Program-made: the position numbers and the translations under genes
DNA from: Candidatus Thorarchaeota archaeon
Lineage (GTDB): Archaea > Asgardarchaeota > Thorarchaeia > Thorarchaeales > Thorarchaeaceae
Length of the DNA stretch: 64,000 bases
Direction of reading: 5' to 3'
Assembly (NCBI GenBank): GCA_021498125.1
Contig: JAIZWL010000003.1
Coordinates: forward strand, 60,457 to 124,456
Notes under the pieces: generated by a model
Databases searched by the model: none
What the model was told of the DNA's origin: nothing
The model's input: only the letters and a program-made list of their open reading frames with translations
Shown here: piece by piece, positions 1-9,733 of the stretch
Layout of the letters: the number at the start of each line of letters is the position of its first letter
Position numbering within the stretch: position 1 is the first letter of the stretch

Positions 1-564
1 ACCTGCCAAATCAATATGACCGCTATTCTTGCTAACGGATCGGTCATCACCTCCTTGCTTGAGAATGTATTTTTGGGGAACTTTTTCACGCCCACAGTCC
101 AAGTGATTACCCCAAATGGTGGTGAGGTCTGGCACGGACTGAACAATATTACTTGGGTCGCCTCTGACAAAAACTCTGACGAGACCCTGACCTATGATGT
201 TTTTGTATCGTCCGATGGAGGTCTCACACTAATGCTTCTGACCTCTGACTTGAATCGGACGTGGTATCTCTGGAACTGCTCGCCGTTCACAAGAAGTAGC
301 ACCTATATCATTGCAGTACGTGTGTCTGATGGGATCTATTCCTCTATGGATATGTCCGATGATGTCTTCACGGCTGGCGATATTGTGACGACCACAACAA
401 CCACATCCACAACCACTACAAGTTCGACTACAGCGACAACTACAACAACAGCTCTCCCGACTTTGCGATTGGAGGGGCCGATTGTGACTTTTCTGTTAGC
501 GTCTCTTATCTCAAGTGTGGCAATGGCTCTGTTTGTGTACTATAGCGCGAAGCGTTGGGTGTGA
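1..564 (+). CDS. Thr-rich cell-surface protein, C-terminal portion (reading frame open to window edge, so likely partial): globular domain, poly-Thr/Ser linker, C-terminal TM helix with short basic tail
   Basis: Frame open from nt 1. Contains a TTTTTTSTTTTSSTTATTTTT linker followed by a hydrophobic helix (IVTFLLASLISSVAMALFVYY) and KRWV tail. This architecture is typical of archaeal surface-anchored proteins. Confidence 0.4.
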   Translation, partial: TCQINMTAILANGSVITSLLENVFLGNFFTPTVQVITPNGGEVWHGLNNITWVASDKNSDETLTYDVFVSSDGGLTLMLLTSDLNRTWYLWNCSPFTRSSTYIIAVRVSDGIYSSMDMSDDVFTAGDIVTTTTTTSTTTTSSTTATTTTTALPTLRLEGPIVTFLLASLISSVAMALFVYYSAKRWV

Positions 565-585
565 TCACAGCACTGCTGATCGTTG

Positions 586-1482
586 TCATCCCAAGATTCT
601 GTCTAGAATTCCCTGAGTGCTCACAACATGCTTATTCAGCCCGAGCTGTTCCGGGTCTAACCCAAGTGCAAGCCCCAATAGCTGGGTGTAGTAGAAGACT
701 GGAATCTGATATCTGTTCTCGCCGAATTCCTTGTTCAGCTGTGGCTGGGAGATCTCAAACTGGAGATGGCAAAATGAACAGACATCTACAATGATGTCCA
801 CACCTGCATCCATCATGTTGTCGAATTTTTCCTTTGCGATGTCCACACTCACAGGAGCATTACTCCCTCTGACCCCGCCACCAGCACCACAGCACATGTA
901 TTTGTCCTTGTATTTGACGCTCGTTGCACCAGTGGCCTCTACAAGATCATCAAGAAATGTATGCCGTTCTGTCTGGTGCCATGGTCGGTTCTTGCTTGGT
1001 TTCAGGAGATGACAGCCATAGTGCACGGCCACCTTTAGACCTGTGAGTGGACGCTTCACCATTTTCTTTATTGCCTCTGGCCCAAAAGAATAGATTACCT
1101 CGATGAGGTGTTTTGCATCGGCCTCCCCTGAGAACTTGAGACCCATGCCCTTGAATATCTGTTGGACCTCTTTGAGCTTTTCAGGGTCGTCATGAACGGC
1201 AGCAAGGGTCTCTTTGAACGTGCCATAGCAGCCATTGCATCCCGTGATGATGTCATTTCCTGCCTTTTCGGCCAGTGCAAGATTTCTAGAAGCAATGGCC
1301 AACCATGTTGACTCGTTGAACGACCTGATCACTCCTGGGGCCGGACAGCAACTTGCCCCCGGTAGATCCTCAAGTTCCACACCAAGCAGAGGCATCACTT
1401 CGCGGATGCTCTTCTCCACATTCGGGAACCTGTTTGGCATCACGCAGCCCAAGAAGAACGAATACTTTTGTGCCTCTGTCAT
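586..1482 (-). CDS. hdrB: Heterodisulfide reductase subunit B (HdrB, CCG-domain protein), copy 1
   Basis: Two CCG motifs (CCPAPG..., CCGAGGG...); N-terminus MTEAQKYSFFLGC typical of HdrB. ATG at 1482 lies 1 nt after the TAA stop of upstream hdrC (1484-1486). The ORF-track upstream extension 1483-1635 is considered non-coding. Confidence 0.85.
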   Translation of the reverse strand: MTEAQKYSFFLGCVMPNRFPNVEKSIREVMPLLGVELEDLPGASCCPAPGVIRSFNESTWLAIASRNLALAEKAGNDIITGCNGCYGTFKETLAAVHDDPEKLKEVQQIFKGMGLKFSGEADAKHLIEVIYSFGPEAIKKMVKRPLTGLKVAVHYGCHLLKPSKNRPWHQTERHTFLDDLVEATGATSVKYKDKYMCCGAGGGVRGSNAPVSVDIAKEKFDNMMDAGVDIIVDVCSFCHLQFEISQPQLNKEFGENRYQIPVFYYTQLLGLALGLDPEQLGLNKHVVSTQGILDRILG

Positions 1483-1483
1483 T

Positions 1484-2026
1484 TTACTCGTGCTCCTCTG
1501 TCTTTCTGACAAGCTCGATGAAGTGTGTTCTCCGAAATATCTCCTGAACCTGTTTGAGTGCCTCTTCGCTTGCATGTGTGGTTGGTGGGATCTCACTGAG
1601 CCCGAGTTCCCTTCGCATCTCTCGATTTGCATCATCTAGCGGGACCGCATGCCCTGTCCTGATGAGTTTCTCCGACGCCTTCCTATGTTGTGGAAGCATA
1701 TACCCCTCGGCAACAGCCATGTTACGCATGATGATGATCGCCTCCGTGACCCTAATCTGTCGGGGGCAACGTTCAAGGCAGGTCAGACATGTTGCGCAGA
1801 GCCAGAGATCGGGAGAACTCAAGACTTCTTCTTTCAGGCCCAAGAGCGCCTTCCGAATGAGTTCTCTTGTTCTAAAGGCCGTGCGTCTACCACTTGGACA
1901 GACACTTGAACATGTTCCGCATTGAATACAAGTTCTGATTCTATCAGCCCCTGCTTTGACAATGGCATCCACGAAGGTGGGATCGATATCTTCGTCATCG
2001 ATGATTTCACGGGAGATTGCCATCAA
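1484..2026 (-). CDS. hdrC: Heterodisulfide reductase subunit C (HdrC, 2x[4Fe-4S] ferredoxin-like), copy 1
   Basis: CIQCGTCSSVCP and CATCLTCLERCP cluster motifs; ~180 aa; immediately upstream of and co-oriented with hdrB. Confidence 0.85.
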   Translation of the reverse strand: MMAISREIIDDEDIDPTFVDAIVKAGADRIRTCIQCGTCSSVCPSGRRTAFRTRELIRKALLGLKEEVLSSPDLWLCATCLTCLERCPRQIRVTEAIIIMRNMAVAEGYMLPQHRKASEKLIRTGHAVPLDDANREMRRELGLSEIPPTTHASEEALKQVQEIFRRTHFIELVRKTEEHE

Positions 2027-2319
2027 GAGACCTCGGTATTGCTTCTATTGCACAATCGAATCGCACCGCATGATATAAGCCTTAAGCCCGAATGTGCCTC
2101 TCGATTGCTCTTCCGACCAATTATTGGCAATATTGCAAAAGTGACATGTTTCCAAGGTTGGCGTTCGAATCCTGTATAATAATGCCTCTCTTTAGTCACT
2201 ATATGGTCATGATAAGCCTGATACATGAGCTAAGGCGAATCCGCCGTTTTCTTTGCCCCCTTTGGCAATTAATTTAAGGCTGGTTGTCGCGCTTAAGCAT
2301 GCATTGGTGGATCATCTTG
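2027..2319. promoter_or_regulatory. Divergent intergenic/promoter region between two oppositely oriented hdrC-hdrB operons
   Basis: About 290 nt with no ORF, AT-rich patches, and GGAGG-like ribosome-binding sites close to both divergent start codons. Confidence 0.3.
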
Positions 2320-2889
2320 ATGAGCACGGACATGGAACCAATCGTCATTGACGAACCTGACACTGCATTTGTAGAGATGATAAAAGAAACAGGTGGCCCG
2401 AACATTCAGAACTGCTACCAGTGTGGCACCTGTAGTGGAAGTTGTCCCGCAGGAGCACGGACTAATTATCTCGTCCGATCGATCATTCGAAAAGCGCTCC
2501 TTGGACTAAAGGAGGCAGTGATCTCTGCACCTGAGTTATGGTATTGTACTACCTGCTATACCTGCCAAGACAGGTGTCCTCAGGATGTCCGACCGACCGA
2601 TGTCATCAAGGCGATCCGAAATATTGCAGTTGCCCATGGTCATATGTTAATGAATCACAGAAAGACAGCGGCCAAGGTGGTCGAGACCGGTCATGCTGTT
2701 CCTCTTGACAAAGAGTCGTGGCAGAAGCTTCGAGAATCTGTTGGTCTGAAACCTGTTCCACCTAATGCAAGCGGTAATCCATGGGCAATAGAGGAGATTC
2801 AAAAGATCACTAAGAGGAGTGGTTTCGACACCCTCATCGGTTATGAGGAGATCATGAAGGCCCAGGCTGAAAAGGCAAAGAAGGAGTAG
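2320..2889 (+). CDS. hdrC: Heterodisulfide reductase subunit C (HdrC), copy 2
   Basis: CYQCGTCSGSCP and CTTCYTCQDRCP motifs. The ORF track begins at TTG 2284; in-frame ATGs at 2299, 2320 and 2332 are alternative starts, and the N-terminal spacing before CxxCxxC favours 2320 or 2332. Confidence 0.8.
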   Translation: MSTDMEPIVIDEPDTAFVEMIKETGGPNIQNCYQCGTCSGSCPAGARTNYLVRSIIRKALLGLKEAVISAPELWYCTTCYTCQDRCPQDVRPTDVIKAIRNIAVAHGHMLMNHRKTAAKVVETGHAVPLDKESWQKLRESVGLKPVPPNASGNPWAIEEIQKITKRSGFDTLIGYEEIMKAQAEKAKKE

Positions 2890-2898
2890 TGGTAATCC

Positions 2899-3813
2899 AT
2901 GGCGCGACCAAAGTTTTTCCATTTTCTTGGATGCATCATCCCCCATCGTTATCCTAGTATTGAGAAGGCTGTAAACATTGTGTTTGAGGATCTTGGCATG
3001 GAGCTGTTAGATATGGTGGGTGCAACTTGTTGTCCTGCTCCTGGTGTCTTTGGGTCCTTTGATCGTGTCACATGGGCAACTATTGCGGCGCGTAATCTGA
3101 CCATTGCTGAGCAGGGTGGTGCTCCTATCACTACTGGGTGTAATGGTTGTTTTGCCAGTCTATGGGATTCGGCTCACGAACTACGAGAAGATGAAGAGCT
3201 CCGTCAGAAGGTCAATGAGAATCTTGCAGAGATCGGACGTGAGTTCAAAGGCACGGTGGAAGTCACTCATTATGTTGATGCACTTGTCTCTGTAGCAGGG
3301 ATGGACAAGATTCGTAAGAAGGTGGTTCGCCCCCTCACTGGTGTGCGAATGGCACTGCATCCTGGGTGCCACTGGATGCGTCCACAGGCCTTCAAGCAAA
3401 AAGATAACTCCGAACGACCTCGTATCTTTAGGGAATTGTGTGAGGCATCAGGGGCCGAATACGTCCCCTATAAGGATGAACTCATGTGCTGCGGTGCTGG
3501 TGGTGCAGTACGAACTGCTGACATCAAGGTTTCTCTTGATTTCACACGACAGAAGTTCGATAGTATTCTGGCGGCAGGTGGGGCCGATATCATTGTCACA
3601 CCCTGTCCGTTCTGTGAACTACAGCTTGATCTTGGGCAGGTAGAGATCAAGAAGCATTTTGATATCGAGTATCAGTTTGATGTTCTTCACGTTGTGGAAC
3701 TTCTTGCTCTGGCCTTTGGCCACGACCCTGAAGAGTTCGGCCTCAAGACGCATCTTCAATATCTCCAACGGAAGAGCGTGCCTGCTCTTGAACAACTGGG
3801 CCTAAATGTCTAA
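2899..3813 (+). CDS. hdrB: Heterodisulfide reductase subunit B (HdrB), copy 2
   Basis: MARPKFFHFLGC N-terminus; CCPAPG and CCGAGG CCG-domain motifs; follows hdrC by 9 nt. Confidence 0.85.
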   Translation: MARPKFFHFLGCIIPHRYPSIEKAVNIVFEDLGMELLDMVGATCCPAPGVFGSFDRVTWATIAARNLTIAEQGGAPITTGCNGCFASLWDSAHELREDEELRQKVNENLAEIGREFKGTVEVTHYVDALVSVAGMDKIRKKVVRPLTGVRMALHPGCHWMRPQAFKQKDNSERPRIFRELCEASGAEYVPYKDELMCCGAGGAVRTADIKVSLDFTRQKFDSILAAGGADIIVTPCPFCELQLDLGQVEIKKHFDIEYQFDVLHVVELLALAFGHDPEEFGLKTHLQYLQRKSVPALEQLGLNV

Positions 3814-4110
3814 GTTCTCAGCCGCACAAATCATCTCTTAACAATGGGGAAGTCGATGTATCGTATCGTAAAGCATTATCATTCTTCCACAACTTGCACC
3901 TCTGACCACCGAATCTGTTTAATACTATGGACATGGTAACATGAGGTGCTGGGACGCAGATGAAGGCAACGAGAAGTTATACCCGTGTATATCTCTCTCG
4001 GATCAGATCGCCTCCTAAGGAGTCCTCGGATTCTCAAGACCTCTCAGAGGTAGAGGTTCCGGTTGACAAGAAGGATTGATCTGTCCTTGGGAAGTGTTGC
4101 CCTGACAACA

Positions 4111-4166
4111 GGAACATAGGAGTTTCAGTCACTGAGACTGGACTCCTGTTCCTTATCTTTTTTTGA
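4111..4166 (+). terminator. Hairpin plus oligo-T terminator-like element between hdrB2 and hdrA
   Basis: Long imperfect palindrome GGAACATAGGAGTTTCAGTCACTGAGACTGGACTCCTGTTCC (4111-4152) followed by TTATCTTTTTTTG. The T7 run is on the + strand only. Confidence 0.45.
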
Positions 4167-4276
4167 GCATTCACTCATTTCATAATGGCGGGTGTGCTTA
4201 AAACGCGCACTACAACCAACTTTTTATCCGGCATGTTTGGACAACAGCGCCTACCACTGTCGGAGAGAACGCGGTT

Positions 4277-7200
4277 ATGGCTGAAACTGCTACAAAACCA
4301 GTTGTCATCGTGGGCGCAGGAATCACCGGTATCAAGGCCGCGCTTGACCTTGCCGAGATGGGCGTGAAGGTCTACTTGGTTGAAAAAGACTCCTCTATTG
4401 GAGGGCATATGTCGCAACTTGACAAGACCTTTCCCACCCTTGATTGTTCAATGTGTATCATGGGTCCTTGGATGGTAGATTGTTCTCGCCATCCGAATAT
4501 TGAGATTCTGACCTATGCTGAGGTCACAGATGTGACAGGGCAGCAAGGTGACTTCAGGGTCGAAGTTCTCAAGCACACTCGTCGGGTGGATCCGGAAAAA
4601 TGCACTGGCTGTGGTGACTGCCAGCGTATCTGCCCGATCGAAGTGCCAAATGAATACGATCTTGGTCTGAAGATGCGGAAGGCTGTGTACATACCCTTCC
4701 CACAGGCTGTGCCTAATGTTGCGACCATTGACAAAGAGAATTGCATCGAGTGCATGATGTGTGTGAAGACCTGCAAGGCAAAGGCTATTGATTTTGACAT
4801 CAAAGATGAGACCGTTGAGATCAATGCAGGCTCTGTCATTCTTGCCACCGGATATAGACTTCTAGACCCTGCCTCCGTTCCCGAATATGGCTATGGCCGC
4901 TTTCCAAATGTGGTGACCGCGCTTGAGTACGAGCGAATGGTCTCGGCCAGTGGTCCAACTGGCGGTATTGTCATGCGCCCCTCTGATGGCCGTGAGCCAC
5001 ACAGGATCGTCTTCATTCAATGTGTTGGTTCAAGGGATGTAAATCACTGTGCATATTGCTCCCGGATCTGCTGCACCTATGCTACGAAAGAGGCCATCAT
5101 CACAAAGGAGCATACACCAGAGGTCCATATTGATATTCTCTACAACGATCTCCGCGCCTTTGGTAAGGGGTTCGAGGAGTTCCTTGTGCGTGGTGAGCAA
5201 GAGTATGGTATCCAATATATCAAGGGCCTCCCCAGTGAGATTCAGGAAGACCCCGCCACGCATGATCTGATCGTCCGACATAGCGATGCCAAAGGTCACA
5301 AGGTATTGCAAGATCGCTACGACCTAGTAGTTCTGTGTCCTGCGATGGTCCCTAACGAGAATTCGGACCTCTTTGAGAAGATTGGCATCAGGACTGATCA
5401 GTATGGTTTTGTGGGTGGTGCTGGTGGCACTATCGAGTCTGTCCGCACAGAGGTCCCCGGGATCTATATGGCAGGTGCTATGAATGCGCCCAAGGACATC
5501 CCTGACTCGGTCGCTCATGCCAGCGCGGCAGCTGCACTTGCAGTCCTCGACATCACGCTTCCGGAAAAAACCGTGACCGAACAGATCACAGAGGACGACC
5601 TCACCTCTATGGCCGCAGAACCTCGGATCGGTGTCATCATCTGTTCATGTGGTATCAACATTGCGGGCGTAGTGGATGTTGCTGAGGTCACCAAATATGC
5701 TTCAACTCTGCCAAATGTTGTCTATGCAGAGAATCTGTTGTATTCATGTTCCTCCGACGCCCAAGAGGTCATTAAAGAGGCCATCAAGGAGCATCAACTG
5801 ACCCGACTCATTGTCGCTTCCTGTACTCCACGGACCCATGAGCCGCTCTTCCGTGCCACCATTGAGGAGGCGGGTCTTAACAAATATCTCTTCGAGATGG
5901 CCAACATCCGCGAGCATTGTTCTTGGGTCCATCAGACAGCCAAAGATGAAGCCACCGAGAAGGCAAAGGATCTCGTCAGGATGGCGGTTGCTCGGGCCCA
6001 GCTTCTTGAGCCACAAGAGGAGGCCGTCACCCCGGTCGAGCCGGCCGCTCTGGTCATTGGTGCAGGTGTGACGGGTATGTCGGCAGCAGAACTCATTGCT
6101 CAGAAGGGGTTCAAGGTCTACCTTGTGGAGAAGGAGAATCGGGTCGGAGGTCTGTTGAATCGTCTTGCCACTGTGAACTTTGACTTCACACCGACGAGTG
6201 AGATCATCGCAGACTTCGAATCACGCATTACAGGAGACCCGAACATAGAACTGCTTCTTGGTACCACGGTGATTGACGCAAAGGGTTCGATTGGCGACTT
6301 TGAGGTCACTCTTGCAACGGGTGGCAAGACTCGCGACGTGAAGGTCGGTGTTGTGATCGTTGCCACTGGTGCCGTTCCCTTGGAACAGACAGGGCTCTAT
6401 GGTCTGCAGGAATTCCCCGAAGTGATGACCGAGCTGGAATTCAGCCAACGTGTGGCCTCTGATAGCGGGTTCAAGGACGGCGAGACCTTTGCTGTGATAC
6501 ACTGTGCGGGATCCCGCGAGGACGAGAGTCTTGAGGGCGCCAGGACATGGTGTTCCAGTATTTGTTGTATGGTGGCCATTGAGCATACCCTTGAGCTACT
6601 TGAGAAGTACCCTAACTCTCGGGTCTTTCACTTCTATCGAGACTTGAGGGTCTCGTATGATGCAGAGGACAAATACCGTGAGGCACGCAAGAAGGGAGTG
6701 GTCTTTGTCCGGTTTGACAAGGACTCGCCACCGGAGGTAAAGAAGGGCAAGTCTAAGTCGTTGCGTATTGAAGTGATGGACCAAGTCCTTGGGTCTCAGC
6801 TAGGACTTGATGTTGATCATGTTGTACTTGCCACTGCATTGATTCCTCCAACACAGAACAAGGTGATCTCAGAGGCTTTCAAAGTCCCACTAAACACGTC
6901 TGGTTTCTTCATGGAGGCCCATCCCAAGCTTCGCCCAGTCGATTGTCAGACCGATGGGATTTATGTTGCAGGAACGGCTACAGCTCCAAAGAAGATCGCT
7001 GAGAGTATCGTTCAAGGGCGCGGTGCGGCTGCACGGGCTCTGGTGCCTCTCATTAATGGGATTCGGAAGGCAGAGGCAATAGTTTCTGTTGTGGATCCGG
7101 AGCTATGTGTCGGTTGCGGGACCTGTGAGGTCAACTGTGCATATAATGCCATTGAGGTAGTACCCGGTGATGGCGGTCACGACTATGCTGTGTCGAATCC

Positions 7201-7729
7201 TGTCCTCTGTCAGGGATGTGGCAAATGTGCTGCGGGCTGTCCCTCAGGTGCTATCACCATGAAGCATTTTACAGATGACCAGATTCTGGCGCAGATCCAT
7301 GCGGCACTGGAAGATCTACCTCCTACAGAGCCACGGATTGTTACCCTTGTCTGTAACTGGTGTAGCTATGCTGGGGCCGACAATGCTGGTGTGGCTCGTT
7401 TGCAGCAGCCCACGACTGTCCGTGATATCCGTGTCATGTGTACAGGCCGGCTTGGCGTGACTCATATGTTAGAGGCCTTTCGGTTAGGTGCTGATATGGT
7501 CTGGATATCCGGTTGTCATGTAGGTGACTGTCACTACGTAGATGGGAATATCAGTTTTGAGCGAAGGTTCAACATCGCCCGAAAGATCATTGAAAAGGCA
7601 GGACTCGAACCGGAGCGTCTTCAGTTCACCCATATCAGTGCGAGTGAGGGCGCAATCTGGGCGGAGACCGTCAAACAGATGAGTGAACTTGTGGAACGCC
7701 TTGGGCCAAGCCCATTGCGAGTGAGGTGA
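4277..7729 (+). CDS. hdrA: Giant HdrA-like flavoprotein: tandem HdrA modules (two FAD-binding GxGxxG Rossmann motifs, multiple [4Fe-4S] Cys clusters) fused to a C-terminal MvhD-like domain
   Basis: VIVGAGITGIKAALDLA and LVIGAGVTGMSAAEL dinucleotide-binding motifs; CxxCxxCxxxCP ferredoxin motifs. The C-terminal approximately 140 aa (TLVCNWCSYAGADNAG...GCHVGDCHY) match the MvhD family. 1150 aa. Confidence 0.8.
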   Translation: MAETATKPVVIVGAGITGIKAALDLAEMGVKVYLVEKDSSIGGHMSQLDKTFPTLDCSMCIMGPWMVDCSRHPNIEILTYAEVTDVTGQQGDFRVEVLKHTRRVDPEKCTGCGDCQRICPIEVPNEYDLGLKMRKAVYIPFPQAVPNVATIDKENCIECMMCVKTCKAKAIDFDIKDETVEINAGSVILATGYRLLDPASVPEYGYGRFPNVVTALEYERMVSASGPTGGIVMRPSDGREPHRIVFIQCVGSRDVNHCAYCSRICCTYATKEAIITKEHTPEVHIDILYNDLRAFGKGFEEFLVRGEQEYGIQYIKGLPSEIQEDPATHDLIVRHSDAKGHKVLQDRYDLVVLCPAMVPNENSDLFEKIGIRTDQYGFVGGAGGTIESVRTEVPGIYMAGAMNAPKDIPDSVAHASAAAALAVLDITLPEKTVTEQITEDDLTSMAAEPRIGVIICSCGINIAGVVDVAEVTKYASTLPNVVYAENLLYSCSSDAQEVIKEAIKEHQLTRLIVASCTPRTHEPLFRATIEEAGLNKYLFEMANIREHCSWVHQTAKDEATEKAKDLVRMAVARAQLLEPQEEAVTPVEPAALVIGAGVTGMSAAELIAQKGFKVYLVEKENRVGGLLNRLATVNFDFTPTSEIIADFESRITGDPNIELLLGTTVIDAKGSIGDFEVTLATGGKTRDVKVGVVIVATGAVPLEQTGLYGLQEFPEVMTELEFSQRVASDSGFKDGETFAVIHCAGSREDESLEGARTWCSSICCMVAIEHTLELLEKYPNSRVFHFYRDLRVSYDAEDKYREARKKGVVFVRFDKDSPPEVKKGKSKSLRIEVMDQVLGSQLGLDVDHVVLATALIPPTQNKVISEAFKVPLNTSGFFMEAHPKLRPVDCQTDGIYVAGTATAPKKIAESIVQGRGAAARALVPLINGIRKAEAIVSVVDPELCVGCGTCEVNCAYNAIEVVPGDGGHDYAVSNPVLCQGCGKCAAGCPSGAITMKHFTDDQILAQIHAALEDLPPTEPRIVTLVCNWCSYAGADNAGVARLQQPTTVRDIRVMCTGRLGVTHMLEAFRLGADMVWISGCHVGDCHYVDGNISFERRFNIARKIIEKAGLEPERLQFTHISASEGAIWAETVKQMSELVERLGPSPLRVR

Positions 7730-8259
7730 TCATTGTGGAAGAGACATGGGGTCAATTCAAGACTTTCGAAGGTACTAGATTCGAGGCTCTGGATGCGGAA
7801 TTCACACAAGAGGTCTCAACGCTGATTGGTGGACAGGACCTCACTGCATGTTTCCAGTGCGCCAAATGCAGCGCGGGGTGTCCCGTCAGTGACAAGGTCA
7901 ATATTCAGGTCCATGAACTCATGCGTATGCTCCTATTTGGCCTCAAGGAGGTTCTTCAGACCGATATGGTCTGGCTCTGTACGACATGCTACACCTGTCA
8001 GGAACGCTGTCCTCAGGGAATTCATATCACCGATATTATCTTTGGACTGAAGAATATGGCCTTTAAACGGGGGATTGCTCCAAAGGGCTACATTGTTGCA
8101 AGGCAGGGATTGTTTGATACAGGGCGCCTCTACGAGCCTACAGACTGGGAACGTGAGGATCTTGAGTTGGAAGACATTCCCGAATTCAATATCGCTGACA
8201 TTCAGAAGATGTTTGAGAAGACCGGACTCATGCGTTTGGAAGAGAAGGAGGATGCCTAA
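7726..8259 (+). CDS. hdrC: Heterodisulfide reductase subunit C (HdrC), copy 3
   Basis: CFQCAKCSAGCP and CTTCYTCQERCP motifs; GTG start overlapping the hdrA stop (GTGA). Confidence 0.75.
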   Translation: MIIVEETWGQFKTFEGTRFEALDAEFTQEVSTLIGGQDLTACFQCAKCSAGCPVSDKVNIQVHELMRMLLFGLKEVLQTDMVWLCTTCYTCQERCPQGIHITDIIFGLKNMAFKRGIAPKGYIVARQGLFDTGRLYEPTDWEREDLELEDIPEFNIADIQKMFEKTGLMRLEEKEDA

Positions 8260-8260
8260 T

Positions 8261-9136
8261 ATGACGGAAGAGTACGAGATCTTTCTGGGTTGTTCTATTC
8301 CCAATCGATTCAACAATTATGAGAGTTCGATGCGTACTGTTGCAGAGGCTCTTGACATTAAACTGTTAGACTTTGATGGTGCATCTTGTTGTGGGACTGT
8401 CGTCCTAAAGTCGATCGATGAGACCAGCTGGCTCTCGCTCTCTGGCCGCAATATTGCTCTTGCAGAGAGCCGTGGTCATGACATTGTGACACCCTGCAAT
8501 GGTTGTTATGGTTCGCTCAGGGATACAGACCACGTTCTTCATGAGCACGAGGAGCAACGTAAGGCTGTAAATGAGATCTTGCAAGAACTGAACCTCGAAT
8601 ATAAAGGCGAGGCGCGGATCCGTCACTTTGTAGAGGTTCTATATGACCTTCGTGACAAGATATGTGAAAAGATTGTTCGCCCGTTGACAGGTCTACGAAT
8701 TGCCTTTCATCCCGGGTGTCATCTGCTACGGCCCTCCACGGTCACCGGATTTGATGATCCCGAGCTTCCTCGTAAGGTGGACGAGCTTCTTGAGCTGACG
8801 GGCGCAGTGAGTGTACCTTGGTCTCTGAAGCTACGATGCTGCGGCTCCCCGCTTCTCATTGCGAGTGAGGAGGTTGCAACACGGATCTTGCAGGAAAAGA
8901 TGGAGTCAGCACGCGAGGCGAATGCTAATTGTGTAGTGACGAATTGTCCAGCCTGTCATACTCAATTTGATGTACAGGTCTTAGGTATGAAAGACTCGGA
9001 GGGTGAGTCTCTTGAGCTTCCCGCGCTCTTTGTCACTCAAGTTCTTGGTCTTGCAATGGGTCTTGACCCGGAGAGGCTCGGTCTTGAGATGAACCGTGTG
9101 TCACTTGAGCCCATAAGTGCTATTCTTGGAATTTGA
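8261..9136 (+). CDS. hdrB: Heterodisulfide reductase subunit B (HdrB), copy 3
   Basis: MTEEYEIFLGC N-terminus, CCGTVV and CCGSPL motifs. ATG at 8261 is preceded by AGGAGGATG and sits 1 nt after the hdrC TAA. The ORF-track upstream extension from 8075 is treated as non-coding overlap. Confidence 0.8.
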   Translation: MTEEYEIFLGCSIPNRFNNYESSMRTVAEALDIKLLDFDGASCCGTVVLKSIDETSWLSLSGRNIALAESRGHDIVTPCNGCYGSLRDTDHVLHEHEEQRKAVNEILQELNLEYKGEARIRHFVEVLYDLRDKICEKIVRPLTGLRIAFHPGCHLLRPSTVTGFDDPELPRKVDELLELTGAVSVPWSLKLRCCGSPLLIASEEVATRILQEKMESAREANANCVVTNCPACHTQFDVQVLGMKDSEGESLELPALFVTQVLGLAMGLDPERLGLEMNRVSLEPISAILGI

Positions 9137-9154
9137 TGAGGCCAGCGAGCTCGT

Positions 9155-9733
9155 TCACTCGATCTTGCTCTTCCCGTAGAAGATCTCTCCTATGACCTCT
9201 CTTGCCTCGTCAACATATTTCCTCTTCCCTGACACAAGCAAATGGTTGTCACCATCAAGTGAGATGATCACCCTACACTCCTCTGCGATCTCTGACACGA
9301 TTTCTATTGGGATGTCCTCCGGCAATCGTATTCGAAAGAAGCCGATGCCCTGTTCACGTGGCAGTTCTGTTATGGGGGTTTCTCTCTCAGATTCATGAAG
9401 CCGAATCTCACCACGGAGTGCGGCCTCAAACTTTTCTTCCCACTCTCTTCTGTATGCTACGCCCTGCCTCTCTTCAGCCCAGACCATGATGGTCTGACGG
9501 AGGCTAAAGATTTTCTCTTCCATCTCCCCACGTAATCGCGCGTCAGGGTCATCCGTGAGCTGAACCTCTTCTCTATACGCGCGAAGGTACTCGATGATCA
9601 TCTTGCTATTTCTAAAGTCTCGATACGTCAGGTCAGGGATAAAGACACCCATCTTGGTCAGTTCACCAAGTAGGTCATTGAGTACCGTCCAACATGCAGC
9701 AAGTGACTCTAGAGCGACCAATGCACGACTCAC
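9155..9733 (-). CDS. Hypothetical protein co-transcribed with hdrA2 (ATGA start/stop overlap)
   Basis: 192-aa ORF with no recognisable motifs. Its start codon overlaps the stop of the upstream HdrA-like gene by 4 nt. Confidence 0.4.
   Translation of the reverse strand: MSRALVALESLAACWTVLNDLLGELTKMGVFIPDLTYRDFRNSKMIIEYLRAYREEVQLTDDPDARLRGEMEEKIFSLRQTIMVWAEERQGVAYRREWEEKFEAALRGEIRLHESERETPITELPREQGIGFFRIRLPEDIPIEIVSEIAEECRVIISLDGDNHLLVSGKRKYVDEAREVIGEIFYGKSKIE

Noticed and set aside
1235-1925. Several + strand ORFs (1235-1639, 1353-1547, 1554-1925, 1649-1909) overlapping hdrB/hdrC
   Set aside because: Antisense to strongly supported Hdr genes, low-complexity Ser/Pro/Arg-rich translations, no motifs.
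3840-4110. Short ORFs (about 25 aa) in the hdrB2 downstream tail
   Set aside because: Too short, no ribosome-binding site, no recognisable peptide features; region reported only as a possible UTR or small-RNA region.
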